A stretch of 64,000 bases of DNA, from the NCBI GenBank assembly GCA_963699545.1, contig CAVOUE010000009.1, forward strand, positions 128,001 to 192,000, written 5' to 3'. The DNA comes from Nitrospirota bacterium. Lineage in GTDB: Bacteria; Nitrospirota; Thermodesulfovibrionia; Thermodesulfovibrionales; UBA9159. Shown here one piece after another: positions 1 to 9,462 of this stretch. Below the pieces are notes generated by a model that did not search any database, was not told the origin of the DNA, and saw only the letters and a program-made list of their open reading frames with translations. The stretch's first letter is position 1. Each line of letters begins with the position of its first letter. A program made the position numbers and the translations under genes.

Positions 1-2
1 GG

Positions 3-305
3 GTTTCCTCCTCAATCACCTGGGGCGCAGGGAACACGAGGTATGTTGCGAGAAAAAGGACCCTCGGCAGCTACAGCAGACATGTCAACACTATCAGGAT
101 ACATCCGGTCCTAGACCGGAAGGGCGTACCCCGGTATTTTATGGAATTCGTCGTTTACCATGAGATGCTCCATGCCGACATGGATGCGAATGAGAAGGAC
201 GGAAAGAGATCCGTTCATCCCAGGGAATTCAGGGAACGAGAAAAACTGTTCCGGCAATTCACGAAGGCAATGGCCTGGGAAAGGGGAAAAGGCTTTCGAT
301 GCTGA
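3..305 (+). CDS. SprT/M48-like zinc metallopeptidase, C-terminal part (5'-truncated by window edge)
   Basis: Manual translation of frame 3 gives ...TLGSY...IRIHPVLD...FVVYHEMLH...VHPREFREREK..., with an HExxH motif and stop TGA at 303-305. Confidence 0.75.
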   Translation, partial: VSSSITWGAGNTRYVARKRTLGSYSRHVNTIRIHPVLDRKGVPRYFMEFVVYHEMLHADMDANEKDGKRSVHPREFREREKLFRQFTKAMAWERGKGFRC

Positions 306-371
306 TTTTCCATGGTGACTTTCAGGTTGTCTTTCCGGGGGAAATGGTATACCATTTCAGGAGGAAAAATT

Positions 372-1064
372 ATGTCCAGAGAACGAAGACATCCGCGGCA
401 TATCGTTGCAGGCATGGATATTTATGCAAAGACGCTCTTTAATACGGAAGTGGAGATCCTTGATATAAGCACGAGTGGCGCTTCAATCAGAGGACCGAGG
501 AGATTTCATATGGGCTCCGAGTACACGTTCAAGGTGCGACATGAAGGCAAGTTTATCTCCGTAAAGGGCGTTATAGTATGGACAACGTTGACCGGCAGTA
601 AAAGGACTTCTGAAGGGGAAACAATGCCGATTTACACCGCGGGCGTTGCTTTTAGTGAAGGGTTGACGGACAAGGCGGAACAGATCAAGGAGTTCATAAC
701 GTGCACGATCAGGGAACTCAGAGAGCGCAGGCTCTGCGGTGTGAGGATCAGGGTCCATGCGCCTGATACGGCGGTTCTCAGCCATCTGGAAACGTGCGTG
801 GTCAAGGACATAAGCCTTGGGGGCATACGCATAGAGACGAGCGAGGGACCCTCTCCGAAGAGCATATTTCCGCTGGAACTCATACTTTCGGAAGATGAGG
901 TCTCTCTGCATTCCACCGGCAGGGTCGCCTTCTGCACCGAGATGCCGGAGAAGACACGCAACCGGTTTACTGTGGGGGTGGAGTTCACCGACATGTCCGA
1001 TGAGGATGTCTTAAGACTTGAGCAGTTCATAAGAACCCTGCCGGGAAATATTCCGGAAGCATAA
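372..1064 (+). CDS. Tandem PilZ-domain protein (c-di-GMP receptor)
   Basis: RERRHPR...DISTSG, then a second RERR...DISLGG and GVEF; ATG 372 follows GGAGG. Confidence 0.8.
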   Translation: MSRERRHPRHIVAGMDIYAKTLFNTEVEILDISTSGASIRGPRRFHMGSEYTFKVRHEGKFISVKGVIVWTTLTGSKRTSEGETMPIYTAGVAFSEGLTDKAEQIKEFITCTIRELRERRLCGVRIRVHAPDTAVLSHLETCVVKDISLGGIRIETSEGPSPKSIFPLELILSEDEVSLHSTGRVAFCTEMPEKTRNRFTVGVEFTDMSDEDVLRLEQFIRTLPGNIPEA

Positions 1065-1250
1065 GACCGCCTTCCAGACCCTTCTCGTTCCCAAAATATG
1101 ATTGACAGATTTCTATGGAAAGGGATACATTAAGATTGAGTGTTTCTCGTTACCGATAAAAGGGGAACGGGCGCGTTTCTTCTCCGGTAGTCGGAAGCGC
1201 CCGAACATCGCTTGGCGCAGCCTTCCGGGGAAACGAAAGGAGGGTCTCAA

Positions 1251-2009
1251 ATGAAGAAATTAATTCCCTTGCCTCTGCTTCTTATCTTGACGGTTTCCCT
1301 GCTTGTCCTTCAGGGATGCGCAGGGAACACACGGCTTACGAAGAAAGATATGCAATCATCCGAACCCGTGAAAGTGGTCCGGTATGAAACTCCCGGGATC
1401 ATGAAAAGCACCGGGACGGAGACCGCACTTCTTGCACTTGTTACGCTGGCTGCCCCAGGTGGAACTGCCCTTATGGTGGTGGGCGATGAATACGCCAGGG
1501 CAAGGGGTTCGGACACCCAGACCAGGATCCCTGATTTCGGCTCTCTCGTCATGAATAAGTTCGTGGAGCGCATGCCGATCGAACGGCCTGATTGGCCTGG
1601 GCTTGCTCCTCTTCCGGACCCCCTCAAGGAGGAATTTTCCGAAAAAACCACGGTCATAGAGTTCAGGGTCAACAGAGTTGCCTATGGTTCCCTTGATCTT
1701 ACGAGGGGCGGTATCGTTCTTGAAAGAGGCGTTGATAAAGGACTGGTGAGTGACGGCTTTCTGAGCAAGACCGTGGTGACGATGAAAGACCCCCAGGGCG
1801 ATGTCCTCTGGCAAAAGAGCTTCCTCTATCTTTCGGACAACTTTGAGAGGGCAAAAAACGTGGACGAACTGGAAGCAGATGGCTTCAAGCTCCTGAAGGA
1901 GGAGATGGAGTTCGCCGCGAATAAGACCGTGGAAGACTTCATCGAACACCTCAACGGCGAAAAAACCGGAGAGAACGACAAGCAGAACTTCGGGAAAAAG
2001 GCGGACTGA
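1251..2009 (+). CDS. Hypothetical lipoprotein
   Basis: MKK plus a hydrophobic stretch and LQGC lipobox; SD GGAGG before ATG 1251. Confidence 0.7.
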   Translation: MKKLIPLPLLLILTVSLLVLQGCAGNTRLTKKDMQSSEPVKVVRYETPGIMKSTGTETALLALVTLAAPGGTALMVVGDEYARARGSDTQTRIPDFGSLVMNKFVERMPIERPDWPGLAPLPDPLKEEFSEKTTVIEFRVNRVAYGSLDLTRGGIVLERGVDKGLVSDGFLSKTVVTMKDPQGDVLWQKSFLYLSDNFERAKNVDELEADGFKLLKEEMEFAANKTVEDFIEHLNGEKTGENDKQNFGKKAD

Positions 2010-2015
2010 AGGCGG

Positions 2016-3173
2016 CTATTTCTTTTTTGCCGCCTCCTTTATCAATGCCTGGCCTATGACATTCCTCTGTATCTGATTCGTTCCTTCATAGATCTGAAGG
2101 ATCTTGGCATCCCGCATCATTTTTTCCACAGGGTATTCCCTCATGTATCCGGAACCGCCCATCACCTGCACCGCGTTCATGGTCACACGCATCCCCACAT
2201 CAGTGGCAAACACCTTTGCCATGGCTGATTCCTTCGATACTTCCTTTGCGCCGCTGTCGGCATACCGCGCAACGGAATAGACAAGGGACCTTGCGGCCTC
2301 TATGTCTGTCGCCATATCCGCAAGCATGTGCTGGACCGCCTGAAAGCTGATGATGGGGTGACCGAACTGTACCCGCTGGCGCGCGAAATTCACCGCTTCG
2401 TCAAAGGCCCCCTGAGCGACACCTACTCCCTGCGATCCTACCCCTGTTCGAGAACTGTCCAGGGTCTTCATGGCTATAACGAACCCGATCCCTTCTTTCC
2501 CTATGATATTCTCCTTCGGGATCCTGCAGTTGTCGAAAATGAGCTCCCGGGTCACCGATGCCCTTATGCCCATCTTCTTCTCTTTCTTGCCAAAGGTGAA
2601 ACCCGGTGTTCCTTTTTCGACTACAAAGGCAGACGCCCCGCGAGGTCCCTTTGCCCTGTCGGTAATGGCAATGATGGTATTGATCTCGGCCTCGCCGCCG
2701 TTGGTTATCCACTGTTTCGTGCCATTCAGCACGTATGCGTTCCCTTCCAGCCTAGCCGTCGTCTGTATCCCAGCAGCATCACTCCCTGCATTCGCCTCAG
2801 TCAGGCCGAAGGCCACGAGTCTCTTTCCCGCGGCGATATCCGGAAGATACTTCTTTTTTTGCTCCTCTGTCCCGAAGAGAAGGAGGGGAAAGCTCCCCAG
2901 GGCATTTGCCGCATAGGTCGTTGACACGCCGAGGCATGCCCGCGAGAGTTCCTCCACCGCAATGCAGAGTTCAAGGCTTCCCTTTCCGAGCCCCCCGTAT
3001 TCCTCGGGGATGAAGAGCCCGAACAGGTCCGACTGCGCAATGACCTTCAGGATATCCCGGGGGAATTCTTCCTTCTCGTCCAGTTCCTCCCTCACCGGCA
3101 CAATCTTCTCTTCCGCGATCTGCCGTGCAAGGTCCCGTATCATCATCTGCTCTTCAGTCAAGAAATAATCCAT
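2016..3173 (-). CDS. Acyl-CoA dehydrogenase (butyryl-CoA dehydrogenase-like)
   Basis: Motifs FGLTEANAGSD, NGTKQWITNG, RVQFG, IYEGTNQIQR. Confidence 0.95.
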   Translation of the reverse strand: MDYFLTEEQMMIRDLARQIAEEKIVPVREELDEKEEFPRDILKVIAQSDLFGLFIPEEYGGLGKGSLELCIAVEELSRACLGVSTTYAANALGSFPLLLFGTEEQKKKYLPDIAAGKRLVAFGLTEANAGSDAAGIQTTARLEGNAYVLNGTKQWITNGGEAEINTIIAITDRAKGPRGASAFVVEKGTPGFTFGKKEKKMGIRASVTRELIFDNCRIPKENIIGKEGIGFVIAMKTLDSSRTGVGSQGVGVAQGAFDEAVNFARQRVQFGHPIISFQAVQHMLADMATDIEAARSLVYSVARYADSGAKEVSKESAMAKVFATDVGMRVTMNAVQVMGGSGYMREYPVEKMMRDAKILQIYEGTNQIQRNVIGQALIKEAAKKK

Positions 3174-3278
3174 TATCAGACCCCCAATCTCGTAATCACA
3201 AGTTGTTCATTCTTTTTTGCGATGCAGTTCGTTTTGAGTGTTCATTCTAACAGAAAAGAGACGGGTTTTGAAAGACGC

Positions 3279-4613
3279 TTATGCGCTGATGTCCGTAGGC
3301 CCGATGAGGAGGCTCGGCGCGCCCACATTCCCGTAAAACCTGAAATCATCCCCTGCGGCTTCAACCCTCCTGAAAAAATCCAGGATATTCCCCGATATGA
3401 CGGCCTCCTTCACCGGCTGTTTCACCCGGCCGCCCTCTATCCACAATCCGGAGACCCCGATCGAAAACTCCCCGGAAACGGGATTTGCAGTATGTATCCC
3501 CATGGCATCCGTCACGTAAAGACCCCTGTCCACTGCTGCACACAGGTCACCTGAGCAGACACACGCCGGAGAAACGGTCATAAAGAGGTTGAGAGGACCA
3601 ACCGTGGGCACTGCCGAAATCCCCCCCTTCACCGCATTCCCCGTGGATGCCACCCCGTCCTTCTTCGCGGTGTATGCGTTGTGCAGGTAGCCCAGAAGTA
3701 CGCCATCCTTTATCAGGTATTTCCTTGACGCGGGAAATCCCTCGTCGTCAAAGGGTCTGCTGCCGAGTTCACCCTCGATGCAACCGTCATCCACAACGCT
3801 CACCAAGTGACTTACCACCTCCTGGTTCACTTTTCCTCCCAGAAGAGATCTCCCCTTCTGGACAGCCTCTGAAGAGAGGAGGGAACCAAAGATGCCGAGA
3901 AATTCCGTGGCGATAGAATTCTCCAGTATGACCCGGGCCCGCGTCCTCTCCATCTTTCTTGCCCCGAGAAGCTGCAATGCCCGTCGGGCCGCGTTCCTGC
4001 CGACATCGGCAAATGAGACCCCCGCCAGAAAGCTGCTCCCCTCAAAATCCCATCCCATCTGGCTGTCACCGTGCTCTTCAGCCACTAAAGTAATCTGCCC
4101 CGCGCAGGAGGTCGAGGAGTAGGTTTTTTCCATACCTTTGGAACTCATGACCAGGACTTCCCTGCTGGAAAAAGAAGCGGAGGCCTTTCTCACTTTCCGG
4201 ATGCGTCTGTCCGCATCCAGCGCCGTCCTTTCTACGGCAAGGGCGCTGGAGAGAGCATCGTCCCGGCTCATGGTCGCAACGGAGCCATCAAAGATACGAA
4301 CGGCGGGATGGTCATGGGGCGACGGCAGGTCGAGGTATTCATCCTGCTCCACCCACCGCGATGCCTCTATGGCGTTCTCTATCACCGCATCCGCGTCTCC
4401 CTTCTCACGGGAGTAAGAAAATCCCAGTCTCCTGTCCTTTATGATGCGGAGGGCGTACCCGAAATCCACGGAAGATTCCAGAGCCTCGAGCGCCTGCTCC
4501 CTGACATCCACGGACAGCTTCTTCGAGGACTTCAGGTAGACCTCTGCAAGGTCTGCCCCTCTCTTCTGCGCGCCCTCCAGGAGTCTGGCGGCGAACCCTG
4601 CGTCAATCCTCAT
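3279..4613 (-). CDS. pmbA: TldD/PmbA family protein (PmbA/TldE)
   Basis: PFDDEG, STGNA, NPVSGEFS, ISGN motifs; no HExxH. Confidence 0.88.
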   Translation of the reverse strand: MRIDAGFAARLLEGAQKRGADLAEVYLKSSKKLSVDVREQALEALESSVDFGYALRIIKDRRLGFSYSREKGDADAVIENAIEASRWVEQDEYLDLPSPHDHPAVRIFDGSVATMSRDDALSSALAVERTALDADRRIRKVRKASASFSSREVLVMSSKGMEKTYSSTSCAGQITLVAEEHGDSQMGWDFEGSSFLAGVSFADVGRNAARRALQLLGARKMERTRARVILENSIATEFLGIFGSLLSSEAVQKGRSLLGGKVNQEVVSHLVSVVDDGCIEGELGSRPFDDEGFPASRKYLIKDGVLLGYLHNAYTAKKDGVASTGNAVKGGISAVPTVGPLNLFMTVSPACVCSGDLCAAVDRGLYVTDAMGIHTANPVSGEFSIGVSGLWIEGGRVKQPVKEAVISGNILDFFRRVEAAGDDFRFYGNVGAPSLLIGPTDISA

Positions 4614-4974
4614 AGTACGTTGCGGACGCGGTATCGGATTCCCAGACCGTAACCGCTGTTACCTGGATGTTGTCATTGTTGATCTTCTTCTTAAGAGAGT
4701 CGAAAATCCATTTCGCGATATTCTCCGACGAAGGGTTCTTCTCCGTAAACGGAAACACATCATTGAGAAAGGAATGGTCGAGGGGCGCTGTCACCTCGTT
4801 CGCCAAACGCTTCAGTTCATGGAAATCCAGGGCGATATCGATCTCATTCAGTCTTTCCGCCGAGACATGTACGTGGACCTTCCAGTTGTGTCCGTGGAGG
4901 TGCTCACATTTTCCCTTATAGCCTCTCAGCTGATGCGCGGCCGAGAATGTGGTTTCGATCATCAGTTCGAACAT
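4603..4974 (-). CDS. queD: 6-carboxytetrahydropterin synthase QueD
   Basis: FSAAH, CEHLHGHNW, LDH, PSSENIA, VWES. Confidence 0.95.
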   Translation of the reverse strand: MFELMIETTFSAAHQLRGYKGKCEHLHGHNWKVHVHVSAERLNEIDIALDFHELKRLANEVTAPLDHSFLNDVFPFTEKNPSSENIAKWIFDSLKKKINNDNIQVTAVTVWESDTASATYYED

Positions 4975-5083
4975 AATTCTCCTTCTTGCTTCCTGAAAAC
5001 TCTTTTTCCTGCAGCCGCAGGCTTTGCGAAGGACACAGCAGATATCCTGTCAGCATGCTGAGCAGGATCTCGGTCTCTTTTCC

Positions 5084-5605
5084 CTAAACGGACTTCCTGA
5101 ACACAGCGATATACGGGAGGTTCCTGAACCGGTTTTCGTAATCAAGACCGTAGCCCACCACAAACTCGTTGGGGATCACGAAGCCCGTATAGTCAAGGGG
5201 AACATCGACCACCCTTCTCTCTTTTTTGTCCAGGAAGGCGCATATCCTGACGCTCCTTGGACGTTTCAGAAGCATGCGCTCCCTTATGTGGTTAAGGGTG
5301 ATTCCGGTGTCGACGATGTCCTCGATCAGCAGGACGTCCTTATCACTCACATCCTCCCGGATATCGTAGTGAACCTTCACTTCACCGGTGCTCGCCTCCT
5401 TCATATAACTCGAAGCGATCACAAAGTCCACGGTCATGGGGACCTTTATCGCCCTCACAAGGTCGGAGAAAAACATGAATGCTCCCCTGAGGAGGCCGAC
5501 AGCCAGGAGGTTCCTGCCCTCGTAATCCTTTGATACCATCTCGGCCAGTTCCCTTACCCTCTGCTGAATCTGTTCCACAGTGAAGATTGGTTTACCGACA
5601 ACCAT
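5084..5605 (-). CDS. hpt: Hypoxanthine phosphoribosyltransferase
   Basis: PRPP loop VLLIEDIVDTGITL; FVVGYGLDY. Confidence 0.95.
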   Translation of the reverse strand: MVVGKPIFTVEQIQQRVRELAEMVSKDYEGRNLLAVGLLRGAFMFFSDLVRAIKVPMTVDFVIASSYMKEASTGEVKVHYDIREDVSDKDVLLIEDIVDTGITLNHIRERMLLKRPRSVRICAFLDKKERRVVDVPLDYTGFVIPNEFVVGYGLDYENRFRNLPYIAVFRKSV

Positions 5606-5660
5606 GGATCCCTCCTTCCAAGTCTTGATGACTCAATTATAGCCTTAATGTGCCGTTAAC

Positions 5661-7145
5661 TCAACTTCCCAGGGCCTTCAGAAGGGCTTCCGCTTTCTTG
5701 AGGGTCTCATAGTACTCCCTCTCCGGGTCAGAATCAGCGACAATGCCTGCCCCTGCCTGGACATAGGCATATCCGTTCCTCACCACAAAGGTCCTGATGA
5801 TGATGTTCATATCCATGCTCCCTGAAAAACCGATATACCCCATGGAGCCGGTATACGGCCCACGCCTCACCGGTTCCAGCTCGTCGATTATTTCCATGCA
5901 TCTGACCTTCGGGACCCCGGTTATGGTGCCTCCGGGGAAAGTCGCCCTCAGCGCGTCCAGACAGGTCTTCTTCCCGGCAAGCACACCCCTCACATTCGAT
6001 ACGATGTGAATGACGTGGGAATAGTCCTCAGTGATCATGAGCTCATCTGCCTCCACACTCCCGTACTCCGAGACCTTCCCAAGGTCATTCCGTTCAAGGT
6101 CGATGAGCATGATATGTTCAGCTCTCTCCTTCTCGTTCAAAAGCAGCTCGTTCCTCATTTTTTCATCTTCCCTCACATCTCTCCCTCTCGGTCTGGTACC
6201 GGCAATGGGCCGTGTCTCTATTACCCGCCCCCCCACCTTTACGAGCCTCTCCGGAGATGAGCTGGCTATGAAGTACTCACCAAAGTCCATAAACCCGCTG
6301 AAGGGGGAAGGATTGATGGACCTCAGAATCCTGTAAAGATGCCACGGACTCAATTCCCCGATATACGCGGAGATCCTCTGGGAGAGGTTGGCCTGAAATA
6401 TGTCCCCGGCAGCGATATACTCCTTTGCCCTCTTCACCATCTCTATGTAATCCTCTTTTCTCATGTCGTGTATGATCTCAATCCCTTTCCGGACAGGCAA
6501 AGCAGCCTGAAGGGACCCCGCCCCGTTCAGCGGGCCGATCCTCCGGCAGATCTCTGCGAGGTGATATTCCGCCTCTTCATACCATGATTCGGGATCATAC
6601 CTCATCGTTCGCCTCAGTCCCGGACATATGACCGCCCACGCCCTCTTTTCCCTGTGATCAAAGGAGATCAGTCTGTCAACAATAGAGAAATGGGCATCCG
6701 GGATATGGAGATCATCACGAGTGGTCTTCGGAAGCTTTTCGAGATAATGCACGAAATCATAGCTCAGCAGACCTGCTGCGCCGCCCTGAAAGGGGGGCAG
6801 ATCAGGAAGAGGCGCCTGCTGATACCCCCGGAGTATCTCACCAAGGCCCTTCAGAGGTTTCTTATAGGAGAGCCTTCCCGCATCAGCCGTCCGTGTCTCG
6901 ACGACACCATCCTTTACCTGAAAAATCATGTATGGCTCGAACCCGATGAAAGAGTAACGCGCGATCTTTTCCGGCCCTTTGACGCTTTCGAAGAGAAAGG
7001 AGTGGCTTCCCGCAAAAAAAGGATATAACTCCTCGGGGGAAACGTAGGGTATTTCGGTGTAAAGAGGAGGGATGCCGGTTCCTGTCCTGCAGGATGCCGC
7101 AAACGCCTCTTTGGTCATGGATGTGGTCCATGTGCAGTGTATCAC
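5661..7145 (-). CDS. Anthranilate synthase component I / aminodeoxychorismate synthase family (TrpE/PabB); start uncertain
   Basis: SSPERL, PIAGTRPRG, KERAEHIMLIDLERNDLG, FPGGTITGVPK, AGAGIVADS. Confidence 0.9.
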   Translation of the reverse strand: MIHCTWTTSMTKEAFAASCRTGTGIPPLYTEIPYVSPEELYPFFAGSHSFLFESVKGPEKIARYSFIGFEPYMIFQVKDGVVETRTADAGRLSYKKPLKGLGEILRGYQQAPLPDLPPFQGGAAGLLSYDFVHYLEKLPKTTRDDLHIPDAHFSIVDRLISFDHREKRAWAVICPGLRRTMRYDPESWYEEAEYHLAEICRRIGPLNGAGSLQAALPVRKGIEIIHDMRKEDYIEMVKRAKEYIAAGDIFQANLSQRISAYIGELSPWHLYRILRSINPSPFSGFMDFGEYFIASSSPERLVKVGGRVIETRPIAGTRPRGRDVREDEKMRNELLLNEKERAEHIMLIDLERNDLGKVSEYGSVEADELMITEDYSHVIHIVSNVRGVLAGKKTCLDALRATFPGGTITGVPKVRCMEIIDELEPVRRGPYTGSMGYIGFSGSMDMNIIIRTFVVRNGYAYVQAGAGIVADSDPEREYYETLKKAEALLKALGS

Positions 7146-7155
7146 GCGAGCTCTC

Positions 7156-7875
7156 TTAGGAAGTGAGTATCTCGGCGGTGATCAGCTCAAGGGCCTTGAA
7201 GGGATCAGGCTGGTTCATGACAGCCCTGCCGAGGACGATATAATCCGCCCCTTCCCTGATGGCCTGGCGCGGTGTCATGGTCCTTTTCTGGTCATCAGGC
7301 GGGCTCCACGAGGTCCTTATGCCAGGGGTGACGATCAGGAAATTCTTACCGAAATGATTCCGGAGCATCGCCACCTCATGCCCTGACGCAACAACGCCGT
7401 CGAGGCCTGCATCCACGGAGAGTTTTGAAAGCTGCTTCACATGGGTTCTGAGGCTGTGCTGTATGCCAAGTTCATTTCTCAGGATCTCCTGTGAAAGACC
7501 TGTGAGAACTGTCACACCCAGCAGCTTCGGCCTCCGGAGATTTTCCTTAAGACACAGATCCACCACGGATTCCTTGCTCCTGCGCATCATATCGAGACCA
7601 CCTGAAGCGTGGAGATTGAACATATACGCCCCAAGTCTTGTGGCATTCAACGCCGCTTTGACGACCGTATTTGAGATATCATGGAACTTGAGATCCAGAA
7701 AGACCTTCTTATCCTTCCGAATAATCTCTTCCACCACTCGCGGTCCGGAGGCCGCAAAGAGCTCAAGTCCTACTTTAAATATACCAACGTAATCCTTGAA
7801 TTTATCGACTATTTCAAGCGCATAGTTTACATTGGAAACATCCAGGGCAAGGATGATCTTCTCTCTTGCCGGCAT
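7156..7875 (-). CDS. pyrF: Orotidine-5'-phosphate decarboxylase
   Basis: IILALD, FLDLKFHDI, VTPGIR, DDQKR; likely start MPAREK at 7875. Confidence 0.95.
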   Translation of the reverse strand: MPAREKIILALDVSNVNYALEIVDKFKDYVGIFKVGLELFAASGPRVVEEIIRKDKKVFLDLKFHDISNTVVKAALNATRLGAYMFNLHASGGLDMMRRSKESVVDLCLKENLRRPKLLGVTVLTGLSQEILRNELGIQHSLRTHVKQLSKLSVDAGLDGVVASGHEVAMLRNHFGKNFLIVTPGIRTSWSPPDDQKRTMTPRQAIREGADYIVLGRAVMNQPDPFKALELITAEILTS

Positions 7876-7876
7876 G

Positions 7877-8425
7877 TTACATCCTCGGAAGGGTGATGCC
7901 CCGTTGCGCCTGATATTTACCGGATTTGTCCGCATAGGACACCTCGCAAAGCTCGGAACCACCAAGGAAGATGAGCTGTGCGATCCCCTCATTGGCATAG
8001 ATCTTTGCTGGCAGCGGCGTCGTGTTGGATATCTCGATGGTGACATGCCCTTCCCACTCCGGCTCGAGGGGCGTCACATTCACGACGATGCCGCAGCGGG
8101 CATAGGTGGATTTCCCGAGGCATATGACGAGCACGTCCCTGGGGATCCTGAAATATTCCACGGAGCGTCCCAGGGCGAAGGAATTGGGCGGCACGATGCA
8201 GACATCGCCACGAAAATCCACAAAGCTCCTGGGGTCAAAGCTCTTGGGATCGATCACTGTGCTGTTTATGTTTGTGAAGATCTTGAACTCGTCGAAAATC
8301 CTCATGTCATAGCCGTAAGAACTCACCCCGGAGGATATAACGCCTTCCCTCACCTGGCTTTGGCTGAAGGGTTCTATCATCCCCCTGGCGCCCATATCCT
8401 TTATCCAGCGGTCGCTCTTAACCAT
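7877..8425 (-). CDS. dcd: dCTP deaminase
   Basis: [32 protein letters not shown]. Confidence 0.95.
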   Translation of the reverse strand: MVKSDRWIKDMGARGMIEPFSQSQVREGVISSGVSSYGYDMRIFDEFKIFTNINSTVIDPKSFDPRSFVDFRGDVCIVPPNSFALGRSVEYFRIPRDVLVICLGKSTYARCGIVVNVTPLEPEWEGHVTIEISNTTPLPAKIYANEGIAQLIFLGGSELCEVSYADKSGKYQAQRGITLPRM

Positions 8426-8597
8426 ACAGTTCCTCCATTGTGAAAAAGATTACCATAAAAACTCCTCTTAAAACAAGGAAGTGAATCGTGGGACAAATCA
8501 GAGTTCAGCTGTCATGGTCCACATGGCGCGAACCGGATTACCCGCTCCCGGTTTCTTCCTGAACTTACCCCGGCGGTCACCTGGAATTGTTAATATG

Positions 8598-8626
8598 TTG
8601 CAAATGGCACCGGGATTTAATATAAT
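8598..8626 (+). promoter_or_regulatory. sigma70-type promoter of the Cys-rich protein/peroxidase operon
   Basis: TTGCAA-17nt-TATAAT, followed by SD AGGAGG before ATG 8659. Confidence 0.6.
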
Positions 8627-8658
8627 AACTTTTATATAAAGATCAGGAGGAGGTCAGC

Positions 8659-9456
8659 ATGTTAAGAAGGATCGGGATCATTATCCTCGCAGTTGTGTTT
8701 ATAGGTTCCATGTCGTTGGCTCCTGTTATTGATACTGTTCACGCGGATGCCAAGTGCGAGTGCGGTAAGGACTGCAAGTGTGAGCACTGCAAGACCGGCA
8801 AGGGAGAATGCCAGTGCAAGGGTGACGGCAAGGGCGGATGTCAGTGCGGGAAGGACTGCAAGTGTGAGCACTGCAAAACTGGCAAAGGTGAATGCGCCTG
8901 CGGCAAGGGTGACGGCAAGGGCGGATGCAACTGTAAGAGCGACGGCAAGGGCGGATGCCAGTGCGGCAAGGACTGCAAGTGTGAGCACTGCAAGACCGGC
9001 AAGGGAGAATGCCAGTGCAAGGGTGACGGCAAGGGCGGATGCCAGTGCGGCAAGGACTGCAAGTGTGAACATTGTGCACGCGGTGCTGCTGCTGCAAAGA
9101 CAAAGCCGGCATCAGATGCAGACTATGCAAAGACCATGAAATCAAAGGCCGGGACGTTCAAGGCGACCTACACGAGCGACCCTGAGGCCATCCCTGTGGG
9201 CACGATCATCAGCTGGAAGCTGAAGGTCGAAACAGCCGACGGCAAAGCGGTGACCAACGCAAAGATAACCGTTGACGGAGCGATGCCTGAGCACGGCCAC
9301 GGTCTGCCCACACAGCCGAAGGTGAAGAGCCTTGGTGACGGCAGCTATCTCGTTGAAGGGATCAAGTTCAGCATGCCGGGATGGTGGACCATGAAATTTT
9401 CGATCAAGGCAGGAGGAAAGACCGACAGCGTAACATTTAATCTCCAGCTCAAATAG
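8659..9456 (+). CDS. Exported protein: signal peptide, Cys-rich metallothionein-like tandem repeats and a C-terminal YtkA/FixH-like domain
   Basis: Hydrophobic N-terminus ending VHA; 28 Cys in CxCGKDCKCEHCKTGKGECxC units; C-terminal DGAMPEHGHGL...KFSMPGWW...VTFNL. Confidence 0.75.
   Translation: MLRRIGIIILAVVFIGSMSLAPVIDTVHADAKCECGKDCKCEHCKTGKGECQCKGDGKGGCQCGKDCKCEHCKTGKGECACGKGDGKGGCNCKSDGKGGCQCGKDCKCEHCKTGKGECQCKGDGKGGCQCGKDCKCEHCARGAAAAKTKPASDADYAKTMKSKAGTFKATYTSDPEAIPVGTIISWKLKVETADGKAVTNAKITVDGAMPEHGHGLPTQPKVKSLGDGSYLVEGIKFSMPGWWTMKFSIKAGGKTDSVTFNLQLK
8755..9075 (+). repeat. Intragenic tandem repeat, ~84-bp unit (3 full copies, one internal partial, one terminal partial)
   Basis: Recurrent TGCGGYAAGGACTGCAAGTGTGAGCACTGCAAGACCGGCAAGGGAGAATGCCAGTGCAAGGGTGACGGCAAGGGCGGA. 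Confidence 0.9.
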
Positions 9457-9462
9457 AGGTCA

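Noticed and set aside
1168-1243. Hairpins upstream of the lipoprotein gene as a possible riboswitch
   Set aside because: The CGGGCGC/GCGCCCG stem is real, but there is no recognisable aptamer consensus and the SD-sequestering stem is weak and mismatched.
5044-5068. Palindrome ATCCTGTCAGCATGCTGAGCAGGAT between hpt and queD
   Set aside because: It is a single short hairpin with no second copy in the window, so no function can be supported.
8605-8620. TGGCAC as a sigma54 promoter
   Set aside because: There is no GC at -12 (TGGCACCGGGATTTAA); a sigma70 TTGCAA-17-TATAAT fits better.
8755-9075. Repeat array as a CRISPR or multihaem cytochrome
   Set aside because: It has no unique spacers, it is an in-frame coding repeat, and it has no CxxCH motif.
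8662-9145. Alternative-frame repetitive ORFs over the Cys array
   Set aside because: They are shadows of the repeat; only the 8659 frame has a promoter, SD, signal peptide and folded domain.
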